Positions 27,321 through 42,526 of a stretch of 64,000 nt of DNA are shown here, piece by piece. The notes below the pieces were generated by a model, which saw only the letters and a program-made list of their open reading frames with translations, had not been told where the DNA came from and did no database searches. How positions within the stretch are numbered: the first letter of the stretch is position 1; each line of letters begins with the position of its first letter. Source of the DNA: the human T2T-CHM13v2.0 reference genome, Homo sapiens; assembly GCF_009914755.1 (NCBI RefSeq), contig NC_060928.1; one strand, 5' to 3'. The position numbers and the translations under genes are program-made.

Positions 27321-28255
27321 CAGTTTAGTTTTTGTCTGTTTATTTCTATTTCTACCTATTCTTTCATTTCCTCTCATTTTCGCTAATTTTTTTTCTAGTC
27401 TGAGGTTGTTACTTCATGCGATACTCGAACTCAGTGCCTTTGCATCTCCTCCCTGGTCTGTCTTGTGCTTTTGAATCTACACTACCTTTTCCTTTCAGCT
27501 ATGAACACATTGCGATAATTCCATCTTAGACATTCGTTTGAACCCGCATCTTCCTCATTTTCTCTTTTGTATCTCTACTTCCTTTTGCAGCCGAGCTTTT
27601 AGAAAGTATCCCTGTCTCTGCTTCCTCTGAACTTATTCACCACTCTACCCATGGAAGGGGACTTCCTAGAAAGTCCCCAGATACCCCCACAGACACTTTC
27701 CTCTCTTGAGTTCACTCTACTGCTTAAGGCCATCTTGACTACATTCACAATTCTCTTTTTCCCTTGTTTTTGTTATTATTAAAAGGAAGTTTATCTACAC
27801 TGAAAGTAATGCATATTAATTATGTAAATTTGGAAAACAGAAACAATACAGGAAGGAAAGAGGAAATCCCATTCATACATGTACCAAACAGCGATAACTC
27901 CTGTTAAACTCAGGATGCATTTCCTTCCCAAGTTTTTGCTGAGAATATACTATTTGCGTAACTGGATAATTATCTATATGTACATGTGTTTGTATAGAGC
28001 GGCATGTTCTGATTTTATGGAAGGCTCCATATCCCCACATCCAATGATCTCAAGGATCACTCCACTTATATGTTCTCAAACTTAATATTTTTAAAGCGAT
28101 TTTTCAGAAAATTGGTTGCTTTTAAGTTTCCCATCTGAACAATGAATCCTATCACTAGTCAACCAATTGACAAAGCCAGAAACCTGTGTCACATCTTCAC
28201 CTTTTCCCTCTCCCTCACTTCTGCGATCTAACCAGTTGCAGCTCCTTTGAGTTTT

Positions 28256-28581
<326 letters not shown>

Positions 28582-28663
28582 TAGAATTTTAATTCACCTC
28601 TTCTAAGAACATCACTTCAGGTTATGGTTTCACACTTTTTGCCTGAAATATCGCATTAACCTC

Positions 28664-29095
28664 AGCGAAGACTTGGAACCAACCCAAATGTCCAACAATG
28701 ATAGACTGGATTAAGAAAATGTGGCACATATTCACCATGGAATACTATGCAGCCATAAAAAATGATGAGTTCATGTCCTTTGTAGGGACATGGATGAAAT
28801 TGGAAAACATCATTCTCAGTAAACTATCGCAAGAACAAAAAACCAAACACCGCATATTCTCACTCATAGGTGGGAATCGAACAATGAGATCACATGGACA
28901 CAGGAAGGGGAATATCACACTCTGGGGACTGTTGTGGGGTGGGGGGAGGGGGGAGGGATAGCATTGGGAGAATTACCTAATGCTAGATGACGAGTTAGTG
29001 GGTGCAGTGCACCAGCATGGCACATGTATACATATGTAACTAACCTGCACAATGTGCACATGTACCCTAAAACTTAAAGTATAAAAAAAAAAAAA
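28664..29095 (+). mobile_element. 5'-truncated young L1 (L1PA2-like): ORF2 C-terminus, 3'UTR, polyA
   Basis: ORF2 end MIDWIKKMWHI...IFSLIGGN; 3'UTR gagatcacatggacacagg; GAG (not ACA/ACG) at the L1HS diagnostic site; polyA. Confidence 0.95.
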
Positions 29096-29730
29096 TCCTA
29101 GCAGCTAACCCTACCTCCTAGAACTATTCCTCAGAATGCTGGCAGAGCAATTGATGCTGCTCCCCAATGATGTCACTTGCTGAATCATGTCCTTTATTGA
29201 AAAATTCTTCAACATCTCCCCATAGCTTGCCGAATAAAGTTACGATTCCTTAGCCTGGGACTCAAGGCTTTCATGCGTCTTTCAGAGATGTCTGGCCTCT
29301 GTTCCTAGTTTTACTGGTTTCATTATCCCATACCTCTTTACTATGGGAACAATAGATCACGCCATTTCTTTCCTTCAAAACTTTCTTCATTCTCTTCTCT
29401 TTTTCCCTTTCTTATGTAGCTAATTTTTACACATTCTTCAAAATGTAGATGAGTGTCCTTTATTCAAAGAGGCCCTCTTTTATTTCCTAGTCTAATTTAG
29501 AAGCTTCTCCTAGCTGCTTCCATATCACCATCAGCTACCGTATCACTGAAATGATGATTTACTTTGATGTTCCTTCACTAATCTATCTATCTATCAATCA
29601 TCTATTATCTATCTATCCATCCATCCATCTTCAGAGTTGAGGCTGTGAGTTACTTGACATTGTATTTCTAATACCTAATCCAGGGTTTGATACAGGATAG
29701 ACTCTCAGTGTTTACAGGAGGAATAGCTGC
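29096..29730 (+). mobile_element. L2 fragment (continues pieces at ~27440-28660), containing (TCTA/TCCA)n at ~29580-29630
   Basis: gaataaagttacgattccttagcctggg...aaggctttcatg; gatacaggatagactctcagtgttt. Confidence 0.6.
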
Positions 29731-30152
29731 CCATTCTGAGTTTTTATGTGGATGCTCTATTTTCAAGGACAGTTCTTTTTTACTTTACACTTTTGTAATG
29801 AGTGTGTGAAGAGAGATTATTGCATAGGTGTGAGGGAGGAGGGAAAGAAATACAGAAGTTTATATAGGTCACCACAAAGGATTATTCCAAATTACCCTTT
29901 TGGGTTTCTCATAGCCGTTTTTAGGATAAGACTAGAATTAAACCAAAGTGTAAAAGTAGGAAGGGATGGGAAGTCCGCTCATTTGGAAGTCTAATCTAAT
30001 GTAGTGCATGTTTCCACAGGGAAACTGTTGCAGAGGACAAGTGTCAGAAAAGTACTTTAATAGGTAATTGTTTGTGTTTGTGGTGCATTATTTTGCCAAA
30101 TTACACAATATGGCAATAAGACAAAGTATATCATTTAAAATTATCCTGTTAA

Positions 30153-30473
30153 GGCCAGGTGCGGTGGCTCAGCCTATAATCTCAGCACCTTGGGAGGCCA
30201 AGGTGGGCAGATCGCTTGAGGTCAGGAGTTCGAGACCAGCCTGGCCAACATGGGGAAATCCCGTCTGTGCCAAAAAATAAATTTTGAAAATTTGCCAGGT
30301 GTGGTGGTGGGTGCCTGTAATTCCAGCTACTTGGAAGGCTGAGGCAGGGGGAACCCTTGAACCTGGGAGGTAGAGGTTTCAGTAAGCCGAGATGGTGCCA
30401 CTGCATACCAGCCTGGGCAACAGGTGAGACCCTGTCTCAGAAAAAGAAAAGAAAATTTTTAATGAAATAAAAT
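30153..30473 (+). mobile_element. Alu (J/S)
   Basis: Full dimer; TSD aaaattatcctgttaa / aaaattaccttcttaa. Confidence 0.95.
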
Positions 30474-30888
30474 AAAATTACCTTCTTAAAGCATATTGAA
30501 TAGTAAAAATCATGTACAATAACACTACAAATAGTTGAGTTGTCATTGATTTTCCACGTAAAAGTTTTTTCTCTGTGTTTAATCACGTTTTTCTTTACAA
30601 GGTATCACTTGTTCTTTACCTTCTTGCGGTGTTTCTCTCTCAGTTCTTCAATAATAAAGCATCTCACAATGAGACCTGTGATTTCCTCAATTGAATTCCA
30701 AGTCCTCAGATACGGTATTGGAGCTTCTCAGCGATTTGATATATCCTAATCATGGTACCCTAATATTTTTTAGGCGGTGCAATATAATGTTGGAGATAGA
30801 AGGCTCCTAGATATCATGTAATGTAGAGACTCTGTAGCAGAAAGAAGTGGGCTTGAAGATGGGATAGTTAGTATCAAAAGCATATCAT

Positions 30889-31175
30889 GGCCAGGCATGG
30901 TGGCTTACACCTGTAATCTTACCATTTTGGGAGGCTGAGGCAGGGGATTGCTTGACGTCAGGAGTTTGAGACCAGCCTGGCCAACATGGCAAAACGCTGT
31001 CTCTACTAAAAATACAAAAATTAGCTGGGTGTGGTGGTGGGTGCCTGTAATCGCAGATACTTGGGAGGCTAGGTGGGAGGATTGCTTAAGCCTGGGAGGT
31101 AGAGGTTGCAGTGAGCTGAGATCATGCCACTGCACTTCAGCCTGGGCGACAGAGCAAGACCCTGTCTCAAAAAAA
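30889..31175 (+). mobile_element. AluJb-like
   Basis: Full dimer with gggaggattgctt and gaccctgtctc; flanks aaaagcatatca / aaatgcatatta. Confidence 0.95.
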
Positions 31176-31187
31176 TGCATATTAGAA

Positions 31188-31629
31188 GGGGTGCCGATGG
31201 GAGCAAGAAGGTCTCTGCCAGTGGGGTCATTCAGGTCGTCAGGCCCCATACTCCCATTAATAAGGCTGCCTGAAAGAGAAGACAATCCTCAACCCAGTAT
31301 GTCAGAGCTTTGAGATCTGTAGCTACTGTCTCACTCTTCTGCAGTTTCACACACTCTAAGGGACGTGAGTCATCAGATTTTCTGAGATATCAGGGTCTGG
31401 CAGACAATGCAGAATAATAAAAACATTACCCTAGAAATACAGAAGGAAACTCCTGTCTCAAGAAGAAATTGAACGTACTCAATGTGGAGGCCCAGAATCA
31501 TCACTGGGACGGCTGTTTATCATCAGAGCCAATAATTTTTTACAGTAAAGGACTTCCAAAATGACAAATGTGAAATTGTATGTCAAACAACTTTAATAAA
31601 TGTTCTGTTAAAAAAATGTAGAAAAGATA
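31188..31629 (+). pseudogene. MRPS36: Processed pseudogene of MRPS36 (KGD4; 2-oxoglutarate dehydrogenase adaptor)
   Basis: From ATG 31197, frame-corrected translation gives [95 protein letters not shown]. This matches recalled MRPS36 (MGSKMASASRVVQVVKPHTPLIRFPDRRDNPKPNVSEALRS...IKTLPQKYRRKLVSQEEMEFIQRGGPE). Intronless, several frameshifts, a premature TAG, 3'UTR with AATAAA at 31595-31600, decayed polyA, TSD gcatattagaa / gcatatcagaa. The symbol given is the parent gene; which numbered MRPS36P locus this is cannot be fixed from sequence alone. Confidence 0.93.
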
Positions 31630-32033
31630 AAAAGCATATCAGAAACTTTTCCAAAACATTTATCCCTGGCTTCTTGGTTTCCTCCCTCCTGAACTCTGAA
31701 ATTCTTGTAAGTTTGGTGGCAGGCATGAGTGTTACACATACAGATACACATGCAAACAAAACAACTTTCCGGTGATCATAATATCCTCTACCTTTGCCTT
31801 TCTCTTTGAGTTCAGAACTATTGATTCAGTGTAGCTTTTGTTTTCAAGGAAACTATAGCTCAAAAAGTTCAAGTTTCACTGACTTGTCCTGGGTGATGGG
31901 GCTAGTTAATGGCAAAGCCAGTCCTGGAACCTCCGCCTCTCCTGCTGTTGGCAAAGCACTTCTGCTACACGCACTGCTTTCCTGGATGACTTTTAGAAAC
32001 TGCCTCTTCAGCTTTGAAGAATCCAGAGAAATC

Positions 32034-32342
<309 letters not shown>

Positions 32343-33565
32343 CCAGAGAAACCTTTAGCCTGACTCTTCAGATCTAGCAGCTCTAAGGACCATGACATCG
32401 TTCTGCTGGGGATGTTGTCCTGGCTTCTCCTCTCTCACTTTACTTCCAAAAGGCTTCCAGGACCAAGCAGCTATTGCAAGTTCCAGAGAATTATTTCTCC
32501 AAACCAGGACCTTATCCTATAGGTGTGAGAGCAAGGACTAGACAAGGAACCAGAGTAATGATGATTCTTCATTACACCTTCACATCTAAGCAGGCCTTAA
32601 AGGAAGGGACAAAGTTATCCTCAAAGGAATACACAGCTTGCCCAAATGCAGTTGGAGAACCAGGTGAGTGGTCCTCCCTGCCAACAAAGCAAAGTCTAGG
32701 CCTGCAAATCACTGCCACCAGGCAATAGAGAATGTAAACAATAATTCCGAGGCCTGACATAGCCAAGCGAGGTTGCTGCATTGCTCTGAAAGGCACAGAT
32801 ACTCTAGAGGGAAGGGGTTGCTTTGCATTTTGAGCACAATTTGGCCATGCAAGAATCTCCTTACCAAAATAAGCATCTTGAGCTTGCATTTTCTTTCTGG
32901 CAGGAAAAAGGCCTAGAACTTCCCAAGTGAACAAGCTACACCCACTTTTCAAATATTGTCACAAGTCATTGTAAAAATACTCTCTCATAAACGCTCTGGC
33001 TATAAGAGGAAAATAGAACCACACCAAACACCTCACCCCAATATTTCAGAGTCCCACATTGGGAGCAGTAAATAAGATTAGGGATTATAGCCTGCTCTGC
33101 GTTCATCTCTGTACAGAAATGTACTGCAGAAACCACACCCTTGTAAAAGGGAAAAGCAGGAGGAAGTGGACCCGTAAAAGCTAAGTAGTCAGAGGACATC
33201 CAGCCGGGGATAAAAGGCATTTTAGGACTGGCTCAGTGAAGTGCTGCAAACACAAGTTCACTGTAGAATAAATAGCCTGGGCTGTCTGGGCTGGAAGGTG
33301 GCAGCTGCATTTTATGTCCAGACTCGGGAGGCAGAGTTGAAACCTCACGTTCAACACTGGTCCCTGCCCCCAACACATAGGCACCAAGGCACATACATGC
33401 AGGATAAAATGTCTTCTCTTTGGATTAAAAAGTTAATAAAGCAATAGGTGATTGCCTAGAAGGGTGCATTCTAGAGTTTGCTCTAGCAAGCTAGGAAAAC
33501 AACAGATGGTGGAAAGTTTGCTTCTCCTGCTTACAAACCACATGAAATGAGGCAGTGGAGTTGTC

Positions 33566-33617
33566 ATTTAGCTTTTAGGAATTTAGCTTTTAGCTTTAGC
33601 ATTTAGCTTTTAGTTTT
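33566..33617. repeat. Short degenerate (TTTAGC)n repeat
   Basis: atttagcttttaggaatttagcttttagctttagcatttagcttttag. Confidence 0.75.
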
Positions 33618-35524
33618 GAGCAACTTGGATTCAATTCAAATGGTGCTTCAAGTTGTGTGATGTGTGTTATATCGGAGAGTATATTACTAGATTTTGTCCC
33701 ATTTTTTAGCATTAGGATAGGCAACTCACCGGTTCCCGGGAACTGGCATGTGTGAGATGAGGAAGTAGAGGAGACCCTGAGGCCATTGGTGGGCCTTACC
33801 TGCTGCCTTCTCTCCCTGCCAGGGTCAGGCCAGTCCTATTGCCTCTTCTCCTGGGGACTCCCACCCCTCTCCTCCTCCATCGCCATTCCAGAATACCACT
33901 GCCCACACTTGCTGCCTGAAAAGAAGAATGATCTGAAGTCCAGCTCTTTTCTCTCTAGTTCAACTTTACATCCATGTCATCCAACTTTCTACAGGAGCAA
34001 AGCTTTCCTGTGTGCAAAAGCTCTCCATCACTTTTCTTTATTTGTATAATACAATCCAAATCGGATCCGTCCTGCCTTGCCGGCCCCTTGCCCACTGCCT
34101 CATTGCCCAGGGATCTCTCAACCTCATCTCAATACACTCCCTTGCCTGGGCCCTGGCTTCTGCTTCATGAAACCCACTTTCCCCCAACCCATGTTGTTTA
34201 TGGGAAGTCCTGCCCACTCCTGAAGCCTTTCCTCAGGTTCGTCTTTTCCAGAGGGACTTTCCTCATGCTTCACCATGCGCCGAGCCCTTCCCGCCCTGCT
34301 CTCCCTAGCGCTGTGTTGGTAGCTTTGCGACCGCACTGCCCATGGTTGGCTTCATGCCGTGCACATCTCTGAACCTCACTTCATGCCGTGAGCTCCTTGA
34401 ACAGAGCAGAGAGGGAAGACTAGCATGAAGGGGTGATGGGGAGTCACGGCCTTAGGAGCAGGAGTCGGGAAGGTAACAATCACACAGAGATCTCTCATGT
34501 CACTACGCTGGTGTTATAATTCATGTCAGCCATGCACACGTACAATCCAGTATCTATAAGGCTTATACATATTCTTTAAAACCAAGGTTACATCTGCAAT
34601 CACCATTCCATAGCATCTAGAAAGATGTAACGCCCGGCTATAAATAGGGTATACCCACAAAATATCATAGGACATTATTCAAAATCAGGATATTAAAAAT
34701 TAAATCTGTTTAAAACACCTAGAAAACCCTTGAAAAACTTCTATGTAATCATTTACTTTTAATATTTGGGGAAAGAGCAGAAGAACATGTGTCTGATCAA
34801 ATTCACTACAACAGATTTTTTTCACTTCCAGATTTACAGAATGCCTGTCACTTGCCTAAGTTCCTTGTTTAAAAAGAAAGAGACTTTTCTCCACACCACT
34901 TCTCAATATTTATTTATGCAAATGGGACATGAGTCACAAGCATGCAGAGATGAACCCTGATTTATGACAACATCAAGAAAATAGCTAAAAATATGTGTGT
35001 CTCAGGATGATTCAAAGTGCAATAGGGGAATTTCCAGTGATTTGGTAACAAATGTAGCAGCCCAACTCCCATTTATTTTTCCAGCAAATATTCCCAGGAG
35101 CATGAAAAAATGACAGCTGCATAATCGCAACAGTTAATTTTTTCATGTTAGTTGATTCAACCTTTTTGTCAAAAAATGAGAGGAAGAATAAAGGAAAAGC
35201 AAGAGTGTAAATGGTAGATCAAATTCGCATATTAACAACTTTGGAAGTAAAAACTTCAATACTCTATCTGTAGCCAAATATTAATATTTTAGTCATTAAG
35301 CCTAATTGCGGAGAAGTTATACAATAAACAAGATGAGGCTATATTCTTGCTGAGGTATCTATGTGAAGGGTAGCACTCTAGAACTCTGGAGTTAAAAAGA
35401 ACATGCAATATCCCTGAATTTGGCCTCCTACTTTGTTTGGGCAAGGATTGTCTCCAAAAACTGACCTCCGAGAAGTAGAATTTAGCCTGTTAAATACTTA
35501 CAGTAATGGGTCACTCACTGCCTC

Positions 35525-36535
<1,011 letters not shown>

Positions 36536-37083
36536 TAGTTCCAAAGTAGGGCTCTGCCTCCTACTGGGAGCTGAAATGGACAGGCTCTTTTCCTCCCAGA
36601 CTGTGGACTCTAGGGCACGAGCAGCACATGGCATAATCAGAGCCATTCATGCCCTCGCTGGGGCTGGGACTCTCAAGGGGTGCAGCAAAGCTCAAAGTGG
36701 GAGATTATTGTGGCAGCTGTTGTATATCCCCAACATGAGCCTCGTCAGTGAGTCCAGTGGCAACGGTGCCCTTGGTAGTATTAGGAGCCAACCATGCCTG
36801 GACAGGGCTTTGCCCAGGCCTCGCCTAGTTGCTTGGTTGTCTGGTCTTCCCATAAGTGCTGTGAGCTATCATTTCCAATACTACGTTTTTCCGTGGACAC
36901 TTCAACAACTTATGTTCTTGACAGCCAAGAACTGCTAAAATCTGTCTCTGTGTGTGCCAGCCTAATATCTCAATCCTTTCCCTAAAGCTGTGCAGAATAT
37001 ACCTACTTTGTTTTGCACATAAGAAAGCCCTCAAAAAGTCACGCAATCTACTGATTGATAGTATCCTAAAGATTGTCTTCTCT

Positions 37084-37480
<397 letters not shown>

Positions 37481-37670
37481 GAGTGGTCCAATGAGTTCTT
37501 GTGATGCAGGTCGGAGCTGGCCCTTGGGATTGCCAGGTCTTGGCACAGTGCCTTCACCGTGCTGCCATCGCCAAATCTTTACGATGCTCTCTTCCCTCCT
37601 CAAACTTCATCCCACACCTTTCTTCCAAGCCAAACATCTCTAGATTGGTTGCTCCTGATACAATTTTTAG

Positions 37671-38056
<386 letters not shown>

Positions 38057-39331
38057 GAAACTATCAGTGCTTTTAAGTCACAAAGCTACCCTTGGAGACC
38101 GGCTGTGAGGAAAAATCCTTCCTAAAAGTATCCTTAGGCTCGTTCCCACAGGCCTGTGCTCTGTGCCCACCAAGCTCTTCTCCTTGTCTCCATGCATGGC
38201 CCCTGGCCTCACATACACCCCAATTTTTCTCACCTCCAGATCTCCAGTAGTTTGAATTTCTTCCCCTAAAACACCCTTCTGCCTTCTTTGGTCCCATAAA
38301 CTATGTCTTACATACCATGCTAATCACTGTTCCTCTAATGTTGGTATTTCCTTCTAGACAAATACAACCATCCCTTCTTGCATGCCAGCCAATGCGTTTG
38401 CTTACAGCTGGCTTAGTTAGACCTTTGCAGTAGGCTACGTTTTTCCCGAAATTGACTTATTTGCAAACCCTGCCTTCTCAATAAAATCGTCGACTCCTGG
38501 AGGATAGGCAGGTGATCTTATTTTTTTTAGTGTGATGGTCCACAGGTATTTAACAGGCACAGCAGACATTTTAGTTTTTCCTATTTATGGGCAACCTGAT
38601 AGTACATGACTTGTAAATATTTGTAATTTCAGTGAAGCAGGACTTTTCTAATGATAAAAGTTACATAAGCTCAGGAAAAATAAAAGTTCTCTAACTACCC
38701 CATCTTCCAATTCCACTTGTCCTTAATTTTACCACAACAAATGGTTTTATATATACCCTTTGAGGAATTTTGTTTTCAAATACAAGCATACTGTCTCTTT
38801 AAAAAAATGTGAACAGTTACATGCATTTAAATGCCTTCTAGGTATTGCCAGATTGCCCCTTGAAAAGGTCATAGGAGTTAAGAATTTGAACTTCCCATCT
38901 TCATGAGGCTTGTGATCCTCTGTTCCTTCTCAATTACACGGCATACAATGTTCATTTATTTAACTCTTTGAGTGAAGGTTCTCAGAAAAGAAGTCAATGA
39001 TGGGTGCTTTAATAGCAATGAAGAATGAAACAAAGATATCTAAAACAGTACTGGTTTTTGGTCAGAAAATAAAAGTTTTTTTGGTTGTGAGGGAGGTGGA
39101 TACAATGTGATAATGTGTTTACAGATCGCGAAGACTTCCTGATAGGAATGTTAAAGGTCTTCTGATCATAAGTGAATAGAACTGAATTTAGTGACAAAGA
39201 GAAGCATGAACTGAAATGTTGCACCATGAATCATTGAAAAACTATTGATCCTTCCATTGAAATGTATATATCTATAATATTTACATGAAATGTGTTCTTT
39301 CTATGACTCAGTTTTGAGGTGAAGGCATAAG

Positions 39332-39494
39332 AATTTACAAATATACAGTGACACTTTACTTGTTTATAAACGAATGTAAAGTCTTCTAATATCTCACCCC
39401 TCTGAGAAAATAAATAGTGAATTTTTGATGTTTCTGGATTTTGTGACATGCTTTTAATGTCATATGAATATTTACCTATGTTGTAATCTAGAAC
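39332..39494 (+). repeat. Inverted duplication, copy A (163 bp)
   Basis: Reverse complement aligns to 42054-42526 (minus the Alu) with ~12 mismatches by hand count. Confidence 0.92.
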
Positions 39495-42053
39495 TTCTAT
39501 GATTTCATTTGTTTACATTTAAAATTCTGATGGATCTGGAAATCATTTGTTTGCTTCAGCATAAGGAAAGAAATGATTTTTCAGTTTGATGTTTTTCCAA
39601 TGGATAATCAAATATACTATTTGCTAACTAATCCAATTATGTTCCTATTGTTTTATGTTGTCGCCAGTACCATACACTAAATTCCATATATCCTCTGGTA
39701 TAATTTTTGACTTTATCTTTCTATTCCTGAGCTTGTGGCAAATTTTAAAATTACTATAGATTAATAAGAGTTTTATTATCAAGAAATGCTTGCTGATTTA
39801 AAAATACTCAATATAAAAGTGAATAAAGCTGACGTGAAAGCCTTCCATGTAATTCTGCTTCCTAGAGATGAACACTGCTCTCGGTTTGGTGGATATTTTT
39901 CTGGAATTCTTTCACACAATATGTATTTGTACACATGTATAATGCAAATGGAATCATATTATATCCTGATCTGTAATGTTTTTCACTCAACAATTTGTCA
40001 TGTGTGTTTTCCAAGTCAATGCAGAGAGATACACAATATGCTTTTAGCTGAGTATGTCATTGTATAGCTATGCCTAAATTTAATTTACCCAATTTCTTAT
40101 TGAAATCCCTCAGGAGTTTCATAATATTTTACTATTCCCAACAACCTCGAAATCCTTCTTTTATATATTTTTGTGCTCTATATTTCTGCAGAATAAATTC
40201 TTAGAAATAAGGTCGTGTGATATTTCCAAATCATACTCCAAAAAGCTGAATTTGTTTGTGGTAGAGCAGTAGCGAGGAGCCCATTTAGCTCTCCAGTGTC
40301 CTGGAAATTTTTAGGAGACAGGGATAGAAAGAGGAGGTGAGGAAGAAATAAAGACTAAGAGCAGAGCCGAGGAGGTGGCCAAAAGTTTTTCTCATAGATA
40401 GGAAGAAAAAGAACAGATGGTGATGGGAGTGAAGGCAAGTTAGGTAACAAGAAAAAATGACCAACGTAACTACGGATGTCTCACCATAGAATTCGCATTT
40501 GGAGTCATTCAGTAATCATAGAACGAATACTTGCAATATTTATTGACGGAAAATATCTCTAAAAAGTAGTCACCTAATCACGGTCTGTTGTGAGGTTTTT
40601 TTTATTTTTCTCTATAACTGAGGGATTTGGGGTATCTAAAAAAGAGATTAATAGAAATCAAACGCATAATCATAAATATAGCAAAGGAAAAAATGCCCAC
40701 TTCTCTGTATGTTAAAGGTAAAATTCTTTTTCCAATGTGTTTAAATAAAAGTAGTGTTCAGCATGAGGAAATGCTAGGATTAATATAATAATCTTTTATT
40801 ATATAAGTGAGTGGTTACTTTAGAATTTGTATTTCATTTTCTAATGAACCAGTGACCACACAACATTGTGATTATGATAGAAAGTATTTGAATTAAGATT
40901 CAGTTATTCAATGTTGTATTAGCAATGACAGAGTTTTTCTACTTCTGTCTTTTTCTTCTTTTTAATAAAGTGTGATATCTCCAAGGAAGCTTAATCCAGA
41001 TGTTTATGAAGCTAGCATGGCACTTCCTACAAATGCAAGGATTGTGAGTGACTCTGGGGCCTCTATTGCAAATTGTTCTAGGGAGAAATTTGCCTGTCCT
41101 GGTATCAAGCCCTGGCTGGAAGCCAGAGAGAGGGTTACAGAAAGAGATTAAGGTGTCAGTGCTGGAGGCAGAAGAGGCTATTGGGCAATTTGTTTGCCTG
41201 GTTCTACCGCACACCTGATTTACACCCAGCTTGTGAAAACCTTACCACAGGTAAAATGCCAATAGTTGTTCTACTAGAGTGGTCAACTTTTGACTGATTT
41301 ATCTCCTACATTTTTCAAACCTTATGTAATGTCTTGTTTTTATAATAAACAGTTTTGGAATGTTTTCCTGTAATAGTTATTATGCAGGCACTAATAAAAT
41401 GGTCAATATAATTTTATACATATTAAAACACATTAGTATTCTTTGAGATGAAGTACTAATAGCAATACCAGATAATATTGCCATTGATTTTTAAAAATTA
41501 CTTGAACATTTAAAAAATTATCCAAATCCATAAACACAGAACAATCAATACAATCTAAATAACACCTATAGTGCAATTAGTTTATTGGAATGATAGTTTC
41601 AGTGGAAAGAAATAAAGCTTGTTTAGGCTGGTTTTTATTCTCTACACATTATGCATTGGTTATGTAAAAAGGCAGAGTTTTCTAGCTAAGAGCATTAGTT
41701 AACTATAAAATCATACTAATACATGGTGAAATGTTTCCCTCAAAGTCGTTTTGATGGATAGCTAATCCTATGGATGTTTCAGCAAAAGAATTAAAGAATT
41801 AAAGCTTAAAAGACTTCAGTATCAGATATTTTAATTCCTAAGAAACATCTTTACATCTTTTAAAGATCAAAATTCATTTTTAGAAAGATAATAAATGTTA
41901 CAAGTAAACCTTGATCAATTAAAGAAAAAATAATTGAGAAAGTCAAGGCATTTTCAGTGTGTGTTTGTAATTTATGAGGGTCTCATGGGACTGATACACA
42001 TCTATGGTTGCAGGAAGGAAAATCTGAGAATACAGACTTTTACTGCTTTTACT

Positions 42054-42526
<473 letters not shown>

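Noticed and set aside
28698-28961. 87-aa ORF
   Set aside because: L1 ORF2 C-terminus in a 5'-truncated copy, extended by a TGA-to-CGA change; not a gene.
30948-31313. Alu-MRPS36 fusion ORF (121 aa)
   Set aside because: Non-ATG start inside an Alu; only ~19 codons are in the MRPS36 frame before a frameshift stop.
33566-33617. Interstitial telomeric repeat
   Set aside because: Unit is TTTAGC, not TTAGGG; short and degenerate.
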